Origin: Candidatus Hodarchaeota archaeon
Lineage (GTDB): Archaea > Asgardarchaeota > Heimdallarchaeia > Hodarchaeales > Hodarchaeaceae
Length of the DNA stretch: 13,541 bases
Direction of reading: 5' to 3'
NCBI GenBank assembly: GCA_029856365.1
Contig: JAHQWW010000103.1
Coordinates: 1-13,541 of the forward strand
Under the pieces are notes generated by a model, which saw only the letters and a list, made by a program, of their open reading frames with translations, made no database searches and was not told the origin of the DNA. The position numbers and the translations under genes are program-made. Positions 1 through 7,407 of the stretch are shown here, one piece after another. Numbering within the stretch: position 1 is the first letter of the stretch; each line of letters starts with the position of its first letter.

Positions 1-1
1 A

Positions 2-895
2 ATGACTGAGGCCTTAGGCCTTGCAGTAATTACTGAACTTCCACTTGTAATAATTAATGTACAGAGAGCAGGTCCTAGTACAGGAATGCCAACAAAACCA
101 GAACAAGCCGATCTATTGCAAGCACTATTTGGTCGAAATGGAGAGTCCCCATTACCAGTGATTGCTCCACAAACACCTGGAGATTGCTTCGAGATTGCTA
201 TCGAAGCAGTGAGACTTGCTACTAAATATATGACACCTGTTATAATCCTTAGTGATGGTTTTGTCGCAAATAACATTGATCCATGGAGAATCCCTGATGT
301 AAATCAATACCAAGTAATAGAAGTTCATCATCCATCAGAGGATATCCTTCAAAATTCTGCAAATTTCTATCCTTACATTCGTAATGAGAATTTAGTCAGG
401 CCATGGGCAATTCCTGGGACTAAGGGGTTAGAATATCGTACTGGGGGGCTTGAGAAGGAGGAGAAAACTGGTAATGTCAGTTATGATCCTTTAAATCATG
501 AAAAAATGGTCAGAATAAGAGCAGAAAAAATCAGAAGGATCGCAAGTGACATTCCACAGCAGAAGATAGAAGGTCCAAAAAACGGTGATTTACTAGTCCT
601 CAGCTGGGGTTCGACATATGGAGCAGCTCATTCAGCGTCGGAAAATATAAGGAAACAGGGTTATAGTGTTGCGAATGCAAATCTGAAATACCTCAATCCT
701 TTTCCTAGTAACTTGAACGATATTCTAGATTCTTATGAAAATATCTTAATTCCTGAGATGAATTTAGGGCAATTACAATTTTTAATTCAAGCACGGTATT
801 CTATAGAAACAATTGGGTTAACAAAAGTACAGGGAAGACCAATCCAAGTGAGAGAGATTCAAAATAAAATTTTGGATGCCTTAGGAGTGAAATAA
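2..895 (+). CDS. korA: 2-oxoacid:ferredoxin oxidoreductase alpha subunit, 5'-truncated by the window edge
   Basis: Motifs ELPLVIINVQRAGPSTGMPTKPEQADL, GRNGESP, TPVIILSD, SWGSTYG and EMNLGQL are typical of the C-terminal half of OFOR alpha; followed after 4 nt by the beta subunit. Substrate specificity cannot be determined. Confidence 0.93.
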   Translation: MTEALGLAVITELPLVIINVQRAGPSTGMPTKPEQADLLQALFGRNGESPLPVIAPQTPGDCFEIAIEAVRLATKYMTPVIILSDGFVANNIDPWRIPDVNQYQVIEVHHPSEDILQNSANFYPYIRNENLVRPWAIPGTKGLEYRTGGLEKEEKTGNVSYDPLNHEKMVRIRAEKIRRIASDIPQQKIEGPKNGDLLVLSWGSTYGAAHSASENIRKQGYSVANANLKYLNPFPSNLNDILDSYENILIPEMNLGQLQFLIQARYSIETIGLTKVQGRPIQVREIQNKILDALGVK

Positions 896-899
896 TACA

Positions 900-1934
900 A
901 TGAAAGGATCGTCCTCAAACCAAAATACAGCTTCTATTTTAGCTCCAAAAGACTTTGCTACAGATCTTGATGTTCGCTGGTGTCCTGGCTGCGGAGATTA
1001 TGGTATCTTGGCTAATATTAAGAAAGTTTTACCAACTTTAGACATACCTAAAGAGAATATTGTTTTCATTAGTGGTATTGGGTGTAGCTCGCGATTTCCT
1101 TATTATATGAATACGTATGGAATGAATACTATTCATGGTAGGGCCCCAGCAATCGCCACTGGACTTAAATGTAGTCGTCCTGACCTTTCAGTCTGGGTAA
1201 TCACTGGAGATGGCGACGGATTGAGCATTGGAGGGAATCACCTAATGCATGCAATGCGGAGAAATGTTGATATCAAGATCCTTCTATTTAACAATCAGAT
1301 TTATGGTTTAACTAAGGGACAATACTCACCAACTTCAATTTTTGGTAAACAAACAAAATCGTCACCAAGAGGTTCAATTGATTATGCTGTCAATCCTGTT
1401 TCATGGGCACTTGGAGCCGAGGCAACATTTATTGCCAGAACTGTTTATTCATACGGAGACCATATGAGAGAGGTTCTTCAACGAGCTGCAAACCATAAGG
1501 GGACAGCTTTTATAGAAATCTATCAGAATTGCTTGATTTTTAATGATGGGGCTTTTAAATACGCCACAGATAAAGAATTACGTTATGATAACATCCTAGA
1601 ACTTAAACATGGAGAACCGATGGTTTTTGGTCGAGATCTGGAAAAAGGTATTTTTCTTCACGGCTTAACACCTAAAGTCATTAAATATAAAGAAGCAGGG
1701 TTTACCCGTGAAGATTTACTTTATCATGATGAATATGCCACAGAACCTACCTTAGCATTCTTTTTATCACGAATGCGGCACCCTAAGTTTCCTGAACCAG
1801 TTGGCATATTTCGAGCAATACAAAAGGAAACATATAATGAGATGTTAGAACAATCAATGAAAGAAGCCAAGGAGGCTCGTGCCAAATCACTCCATGATTT
1901 ACTTTGTGAAGGAGAAACTTGGAATGTTACCTAG
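900..1934 (+). CDS. korB: 2-oxoacid:ferredoxin oxidoreductase beta subunit (TPP-binding)
   Basis: WCPGCGD, SGIGCSSR, HGRAPAIATG, TPP motif GDGDGLSIGGNH...NNQIYGLTKGQYSPT, and QNCLIFN. Confidence 0.95.
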   Translation: MKGSSSNQNTASILAPKDFATDLDVRWCPGCGDYGILANIKKVLPTLDIPKENIVFISGIGCSSRFPYYMNTYGMNTIHGRAPAIATGLKCSRPDLSVWVITGDGDGLSIGGNHLMHAMRRNVDIKILLFNNQIYGLTKGQYSPTSIFGKQTKSSPRGSIDYAVNPVSWALGAEATFIARTVYSYGDHMREVLQRAANHKGTAFIEIYQNCLIFNDGAFKYATDKELRYDNILELKHGEPMVFGRDLEKGIFLHGLTPKVIKYKEAGFTREDLLYHDEYATEPTLAFFLSRMRHPKFPEPVGIFRAIQKETYNEMLEQSMKEAKEARAKSLHDLLCEGETWNVT

Positions 1935-1977
1935 TTTGAAGAAACTAATTGCTAATTTAAATTAAGAGGTAACTTTG

Positions 1978-2814
1978 ATGATAAGATGTGCTGTTTGTGG
2001 ACATGAGAATTTACCTGGATCGCTTTACTGTTCCAATTGTAATAGTGATATTGTTATCGAAGAAAGAAAACCAATGACGGATTCTAGAATCGAAAAAGCA
2101 ATATTAGAGGATTGTCTTGGGGAAGTTGGAGGAGAAGAATCTCTAGCTCTTGAAGTCTCGCCAGATAAACCAGTTAAAGAAGTAGTTGGGTTGATGATTG
2201 ATCATCAAAAATGCTCAGTGGTCGTTATTGGATTAGATAGATCGATAAAAGGGATATTTACAGAACGATCTCTTCTTCGAAGAGTATGCAATGAATCACC
2301 AATAAATTTAGATAAACCAATTCGAGAAGCAATGCTTAAATCGCCTGTTGTTCTCAAAAAGACTGATTCAGTAGCATATGCTCTCCATATGATGGAAGTT
2401 CAAGGATATTCCTATGCAATCATTGAAGATGATCCGATTCGGGTAATCAACATTCGAGATATATTACACTATATAGTTGAGTTACATCCAAGCTTGGGGG
2501 GCTTTGATAAGGTTCTAAATGCTTTTAAAGGGGCTATTCTTAGTAATAAATTATCTGAAGAAGATAAAGAGATTATTCACCACATTGGGAAAAGTAAAGA
2601 ACTTCTTTACAAAGCTTTCACAATAGCTCGCAGAACTAGGAAATTGGCGGAAACTGAAAGAATAAATAGGGAAACTTTCTTGAAAAATTTTATCCCAGCT
2701 GTAAAGGAGATTTCAAATGAAGTTGAGTACTTCTCTCATGATGAATCAGCTATTCTTGGAAGATTAATTAGGTTATTTGAAAAAGAGAGAGATTTTCTTT
2801 TGTCAAATGATTAA
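1978..2814 (+). CDS. Zinc-ribbon + CBS-pair protein with an extra C-terminal helical region
   Basis: N-terminal CAVC-x10-CSNC; CBS motifs VSPDKPVKEVVGLM, GIFTERSLL, DSVAYALHMM, INIRDIL. GAGGT at 1966-1970 favours ATG 1978 over TTG 1975. Confidence 0.82.
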   Translation: MIRCAVCGHENLPGSLYCSNCNSDIVIEERKPMTDSRIEKAILEDCLGEVGGEESLALEVSPDKPVKEVVGLMIDHQKCSVVVIGLDRSIKGIFTERSLLRRVCNESPINLDKPIREAMLKSPVVLKKTDSVAYALHMMEVQGYSYAIIEDDPIRVINIRDILHYIVELHPSLGGFDKVLNAFKGAILSNKLSEEDKEIIHHIGKSKELLYKAFTIARRTRKLAETERINRETFLKNFIPAVKEISNEVEYFSHDESAILGRLIRLFEKERDFLLSND

Positions 2815-2853
2815 TTCTCTCACTTCAATTTGCAGGTTTACCACATGAGAGAA
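2815..2853. terminator. Candidate terminator hairpin between convergent genes
   Basis: Inverted repeat TTCTCTCA (2815-2822) / TGAGAGAA (2846-2853) in the 69-bp gap between convergent stop codons; the loop is long (23 nt). Confidence 0.3.
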
Positions 2854-2883
2854 GTCCTCAAAGCCATTTATGATTAAGTGAAT

Positions 2884-3867
2884 TTAGAGAATTTGTCGTT
2901 TAATCTCTGATTTATCTTTCATATGTTCTTGTTTCCAGTATGGATCGCGAATATAAAGATATGCGCCATGAGCAGCTAGAGCTCCTTGAGCAGCTGCTAC
3001 TGTAGCTAACTGGTAGGGAGTAACAATATCTCCTGCAGCAAAGACTCCTTCAATATTTGTACGTTGAAGTTCATCAGTTTTAAGGAACTTTCCTTGGAAT
3101 TCTAAACCTAAATCCTGAAAAATTTCAGTGTTTGGTGTTAACCCTACTGCGAGGATGACTTTCTCAACGTTAAGTTCTATTTTCTCTCTAGTTTTAACAT
3201 CCTCTAGGATAGCTCCTTCTACTTTAAGTTGCCCAAGAATCTCTTTTATAGTTACATTTGTTAAAATTTCAGCCATTTTTTCCTTTTTTACTAGTTCCAA
3301 GTTTGTCTCTGATGCCCTGAAATCACTCCGACGGTGTGCTAGATATATTTTTTTTGCAATTTTGTTTAAATCTATAACCGCATCAATAGCGGTATCTCCC
3401 CCCCCTATAACTAGTACGCGACGATTGTAAAAGATTTCTGGTTCGATCACATATGGATATACGCCTCTGTCCTTCTTAGAGAGTTTTGTTTCACCAGGGA
3501 TCCCAAGTTCATTCGGTTTCATTCCTGTGGCAATGATGACTGATTTTGCTTGAAAGATTGTACCTTCGGAAGTTTCAACTTCTAAATTCTTACGTATTTT
3601 TGTCACTCGTTCTTTTATGAGATGAACTCCGTGATCCGCAGCTTGTCGAACCCACTCTGAAACGAGATGTTCTGCACGGATACGAGGCGTACCAGGATAA
3701 TTGTAGATCTTCTTTTTTGGATATATAGTACTTAAAAGTCCTCCCCACGTTCCTCCCTCGAAAACTACCGTAGTTAATCCTTTAAGAGAAGAAATAATTC
3801 CAGCAGAAAGCCCTGCTGGGCCACCTCCTACAACAATGACATCAAAATCACCAGATAAACCTACCAA
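2884..3867 (-). CDS. Thioredoxin-reductase-fold NAD(P)/FAD oxidoreductase lacking CxxC (YumC-like ferredoxin/flavodoxin-NADP+ reductase type)
   Basis: FAD motif GGGPAG, ATG motif, NADPH motif GGGDTA plus HRRSDFRA, and RTNIEGVFAAGD. GGLLSTIYPKKKIY resembles YumC. The TrxR CxxC site reads GVYPYVIEP and the protein has no Cys at all. TTG start with AGGTGA SD. Confidence 0.88.
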   Translation of the reverse strand: MVGLSGDFDVIVVGGGPAGLSAGIISSLKGLTTVVFEGGTWGGLLSTIYPKKKIYNYPGTPRIRAEHLVSEWVRQAADHGVHLIKERVTKIRKNLEVETSEGTIFQAKSVIIATGMKPNELGIPGETKLSKKDRGVYPYVIEPEIFYNRRVLVIGGGDTAIDAVIDLNKIAKKIYLAHRRSDFRASETNLELVKKEKMAEILTNVTIKEILGQLKVEGAILEDVKTREKIELNVEKVILAVGLTPNTEIFQDLGLEFQGKFLKTDELQRTNIEGVFAAGDIVTPYQLATVAAAQGALAAHGAYLYIRDPYWKQEHMKDKSEIKRQIL

Positions 3868-3907
3868 AATTCAATCACCTGGATTATAATTATAAAAACA
3901 AATTATA

Positions 3908-5005
3908 TCAATTTAGGTTTAAAATAGATTTTTTAATTTCAAAAGCATGTTGAGACAATCGTTCTTGAGCAAATGTCCCTGACAGCTCCCATATATTTCT
4001 AATCTTCCCTTGGCGATCGATTAGAAAAGTTGTTCTTTTAGCCAATCCAACTTCGTCATTTAAACAACCATATTTGGTTGAAATATCTTTTTCTATGTCT
4101 GTTATAAGTGGAAATGGAAGCTCTTGGTCGTTTCTAAAGGATTGTAAATCAGTAATGTTATCAACCGAGATCCCAATGACTTCTGCATTTAGATTTTTCA
4201 GCTCATTATAAGCATCACGAAATCCTTGTGCTTCAATAATACATCCTGGAGTGTTCGCCTTGGGGTAAAAGAAGAGAACAACATCTTTTTTGTTTCGATA
4301 ATCAGAAAGTCTTATTATTTCACTTCTATCTGTTTCCGCAACAAAGTCAGGAGCAAGATCACCTATTTGCAAAGAACCACTGTGTGTTTCAACTTTTGTT
4401 AGTGATTGAGTCTTAGTTGAATAACTGTCCTTGATTCTTCCCCAGACAGGGAGATTTTTATCCATTTTTAGCATCGTAGGCATGCATAAAGGACAATTCT
4501 CATCATGAGAACTTCCATTAATGGGTGAGGCGACATGAAACCAAGGGTAGATTATACTTGAAAGCAGTTCCTTTTCAAATGCTTGGACTCTTGGATTGTT
4601 CAATCGATCCCAGGGAGTTTCTTGATATTCCTCATCTAATAACCAAGAAATACTTTTGAAGAGGTTATTGACAATTTCCATTGTTTCAGTATTAACATCT
4701 CCCTCCTTAAATGCTGCACAAATAATATTATCTGATTTTGTATAGAAGAATAATAATTTCAAAGACCCAATACTCATACTATGAACTTTAGTGTTTGATT
4801 CAGCGAACATCCCTGGCATTGTGGAGACAGCAGCTAAAAAAGCTGTCAATAATTCGTCTTTTTTTCCTAACAATCCACAAACATTTCCCCAACACTTAGA
4901 ATAAATCGGTTGTCCCGAATCTTGATAGATGATGAGGTATTCTAAGTTAATTCCCCTAGATTGATTCTTTCTTTTAAAAATATTTAGTATGGATTTGAGT
5001 TTCAT
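3908..5005 (-). CDS. Fusion of an N-terminal longin-like domain and a C-terminal BCP/PrxQ peroxiredoxin
   Basis: Residues ~212-365: LQIGDLAPDF, VVLFFYPKANTPGC (PxxxTxxC), VIGISVD, LPFPLITD, RTTFLIDRQGKIR. Residues ~20-155 show a longin-like beta-beta-alpha-beta-beta-beta-alpha-alpha pattern (YLIIYQDSGQPIYSK, DELLTAFLAAVS, VHSMSIGSLKLLF, NIICAAF). The Prx call is strong; the longin call is pattern-based. Confidence 0.85.
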   Translation of the reverse strand: MKLKSILNIFKRKNQSRGINLEYLIIYQDSGQPIYSKCWGNVCGLLGKKDELLTAFLAAVSTMPGMFAESNTKVHSMSIGSLKLLFFYTKSDNIICAAFKEGDVNTETMEIVNNLFKSISWLLDEEYQETPWDRLNNPRVQAFEKELLSSIIYPWFHVASPINGSSHDENCPLCMPTMLKMDKNLPVWGRIKDSYSTKTQSLTKVETHSGSLQIGDLAPDFVAETDRSEIIRLSDYRNKKDVVLFFYPKANTPGCIIEAQGFRDAYNELKNLNAEVIGISVDNITDLQSFRNDQELPFPLITDIEKDISTKYGCLNDEVGLAKRTTFLIDRQGKIRNIWELSGTFAQERLSQHAFEIKKSILNLN

Positions 5006-5080
5006 TTATTCCTCACATAATTTAATATATTCTTATTAATATTATTGGGATTACATTAAAACAATTATTGGGTAATTAGA

Positions 5081-5632
5081 TCAGGAACATGATCTTAAAA
5101 TCATTGGCATGCATATTGGGCAATTATCTTCGTGTTTATCTCCATTATTTGTTAATACAAGATGAAACCAAGGGTGAATAGCATTCTTCAGCAGTTCTTT
5201 TTCAAATGAGCGGACTTTTGGATCGTTTAATCGGTCCCAGGGTGTTTCAGGAAAATCCTCATCTAATAACTGAGAGATATCCTTGAAGAGATTATTTACA
5301 ATTTCCATTGTATTTTTATTTACGTCTCCCTTTGGAAATGCCAAACATATAATATTTTCTGATTCTGTATATGAAAATAACAATTCTAATGATCCAATGC
5401 TCATACTATGGACTTTTTTATCTGATTCAGCAAACATTCTTGGCATTGTGGAAACTGCTGCCAGAAATGCTGTCATTAATTCGTCTTTTTTTCCCAACAT
5501 CCCGCAGACATTACCCCAGCATTTTGCATAGATAGGTTGGCCCGAATTTTGACAGATAATGATATATTCTAAACTAATTTGAGTAGGTTGTTTTTTTCTT
5601 TTGAAGACATCTAATAAAGTATTAAATTTCAT
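5081..5632 (-). CDS. Stand-alone longin-like protein, paralog of the N-terminal domain of 3908-5005
   Basis: Aligns without gaps to residues 1-180 of the downstream fusion (125/180 identical by hand count); retains CWGNVC and HxxNCPxC. Confidence 0.82.
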   Translation of the reverse strand: MKFNTLLDVFKRKKQPTQISLEYIIICQNSGQPIYAKCWGNVCGMLGKKDELMTAFLAAVSTMPRMFAESDKKVHSMSIGSLELLFSYTESENIICLAFPKGDVNKNTMEIVNNLFKDISQLLDEDFPETPWDRLNDPKVRSFEKELLKNAIHPWFHLVLTNNGDKHEDNCPICMPMILRSCS

Positions 5633-5879
5633 TTATTCATCACTTATATCAGAGTCTTTGAATAAAATACATAGTCTTCAAGAAGACATTGATTTGATGA
5701 ATTATAATTTTTTCAATATGAAATTCGTTATCAACTAGACCCATATCAAAAATTAAATGGACTGATTAAATATATTAATCCCAATAATCTTTGATAATAT
5801 AGACTATTTCTTCGCAAATATTATTCTGAATCTCAAAGTCTTGATTTCAGTAAATATCAACAATTAACAAGGTGGAAAT

Positions 5880-6011
5880 TGGGAATGTAGAATGTGCGGA
5901 TATACCTATGATGAGGAAGTCAAAGAACTTCCCTTTGAAGAGCTTCCAGACGATTGGGTTTGTCCTTGGTGTAAAGCTCCAAAAAAATACTTTGTAAGAA
6001 TCAATAACTAG
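5880..6011 (+). CDS. Short-chain rubredoxin reading frame, not in the ORF track; no in-frame start codon before the first Cys, so possibly a pseudogene
   Basis: Translates WECRMCGYTYDEEVKELPFEELPDDWVCPWCKAPKKYFVRINN*, with CxxCGY...FEELPDDWVCPxC. In-frame TAA at 5865-5867; nearby GTG (5872) and TTG (5879) are out of frame. Confidence 0.85.
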   Translation, partial: WECRMCGYTYDEEVKELPFEELPDDWVCPWCKAPKKYFVRINN

Positions 6012-6030
6012 CTAGAAGGATTATTTAACA

Positions 6031-6594
6031 TTATTTTTTGATATATTTATTCATGTAGATGAACTCATCTAAAGGTTTTCGTGTAGGACGTTTTACTTCA
6101 CTTTTTTTTTGATAGTCTTCAAAAAAGTCTGGAATTTTATCTGATTTTTTCCCAACGATTATTAAGGTTATCAGATGCATTTCATCAGGAAGTTCCAAGA
6201 GTTCCTTTACTTTTACTGGATCAAATCCTGCTATTGGATGTGCAACTAAACCTTGATCAGTTAAATGTAGAATCATAAATGCAGTTGCCATTCCTGTATC
6301 AAATAGATAATATTGTCGGTCACTTATTACACAATCCAAATCAATTCTGGAAAATACTGCAATGATCATACTAGCAGCTTTTGCCCATTTATTTCCTTTT
6401 GAAAGACCCTCATTCTGCAATTTGGTGAGTAAGATTTTTTCGAAAACGAAGATATACCTCCATGGTTGTTTATTGAAGCATGAGGGAGCTAATTGAGCTA
6501 TATGTGCGGTTTTTTCGATTAATTCTTTTGTTATTTCGACGGATTCTAATGCTCTATATGCTCTTCTTCTATTAACCACTTCTTCAAATGTCAA
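6031..6594 (-). CDS. Nitroreductase family flavoprotein
   Basis: RRAYR, LAPSCFNKQPWRYIFV, FDTGMATAFMILHLTDQGLVAHPIAGFD and RKPLDEF. Start reassigned to TTG 6594 because GGTGA lies 7 nt upstream; the ORF track starts at 6615. Confidence 0.92.
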   Translation of the reverse strand: MTFEEVVNRRRAYRALESVEITKELIEKTAHIAQLAPSCFNKQPWRYIFVFEKILLTKLQNEGLSKGNKWAKAASMIIAVFSRIDLDCVISDRQYYLFDTGMATAFMILHLTDQGLVAHPIAGFDPVKVKELLELPDEMHLITLIIVGKKSDKIPDFFEDYQKKSEVKRPTRKPLDEFIYMNKYIKK

Positions 6595-6627
6595 TCCATT
6601 ATCACCTTGGCTCAAGGAAAGTATTGA

Positions 6628-6664
6628 AGAAAAAATAGATATAGGAATCTCTTAAAAAGAGATT
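6628..6664 (-). terminator. Hairpin plus T-tract between rubrerythrin and nitroreductase
   Basis: AATCTCTT-AAA-AAGAGATT (6646-6664) immediately after the rubrerythrin stop, followed on the minus strand by a T-rich tract. Confidence 0.45.
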
Positions 6665-6667
6665 TTC

Positions 6668-7171
6668 TTATTCTATCTTAATAAATCTCTCGTGAGAGGC
6701 ACCACAAATGGGGCATTTATCTGGGATCCCATCTTCAATCGTGTAACCACAGACTTCACACACGTAAAGTGGCTTTTCTGGAAGGTCATTACCACTTTCA
6801 ACCGCTTTTAGCGCACGTGAATATAAGTCATGGTGTATTTTCTCTACTTGATTGGCAAAATCAAACGTCCGTTCCGCAGCCTTCCTCCCTTCTTCCTTGG
6901 CGTCCTCCAAGAATTCAGGATACATGTTAGTGAATTCATAATGTTCTCCTTCTATTGATGCTTTAATATTTTTAAGTGTCGTGTTGATTCCACCATAAAC
7001 ACGTAGGTGATTATGAGCATGTACAGTTTCAGCGTGAGCAACTGCACGAAAAAGACGTCCTACCTGAGTAAATCCATCTTTTTCAGCTTTAATTGCGTAT
7101 GCTAGATATTTTCGATTTGCTTGACTTTCACCAGCAAAAGCTGCCATTAAATCTTCTTCTGTTTTTCCCAT
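6668..7171 (-). CDS. rbr: Rubrerythrin
   Basis: AFAGESQANRKY, AETVHAHNH, EGEHYE..MYPEF and VEKIH diiron ligands, plus C-terminal rubredoxin-like CEVCGY...CPICGA. Confidence 0.96.
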   Translation of the reverse strand: MGKTEEDLMAAFAGESQANRKYLAYAIKAEKDGFTQVGRLFRAVAHAETVHAHNHLRVYGGINTTLKNIKASIEGEHYEFTNMYPEFLEDAKEEGRKAAERTFDFANQVEKIHHDLYSRALKAVESGNDLPEKPLYVCEVCGYTIEDGIPDKCPICGASHERFIKIE

Positions 7172-7407
7172 AACTATCAGCTCTAACTTTTCTCACAGAA
7201 ATTGAACCATTTTTCATTTCTTAATCGAAAATGTAAATTTCTGAACAATCTTCGGGAATATATTTTTATTTATTAAGTATGTTCGTCCTTTTTTCGAATT
7301 AGACAACAACAAAAGCAAACCCATTAATATTTACTATAACCAGCCCTTTAGATTTTTTTCCAGCATTCCTTTTAATCATATTATTCCTGTCAAATGAATG
7401 AGTAATA

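Noticed and set aside
3128-3430. 100-aa plus-strand ORF
   Set aside because: Antisense shadow of the flavoreductase gene, with no recognisable motifs.
2884-3867. Annotation as thioredoxin reductase (trxB)
   Set aside because: No CxxC and no cysteine anywhere in the protein.
5283-5531. 82-aa plus-strand ORF
   Set aside because: Antisense shadow of the longin-like gene.
5650-5890. Stop-interrupted plus-strand coding-like stretch upstream of rubredoxin, as a remnant of a larger fusion gene
   Set aside because: No recognisable homology, several stops, and it overlaps the expected divergent promoter region.
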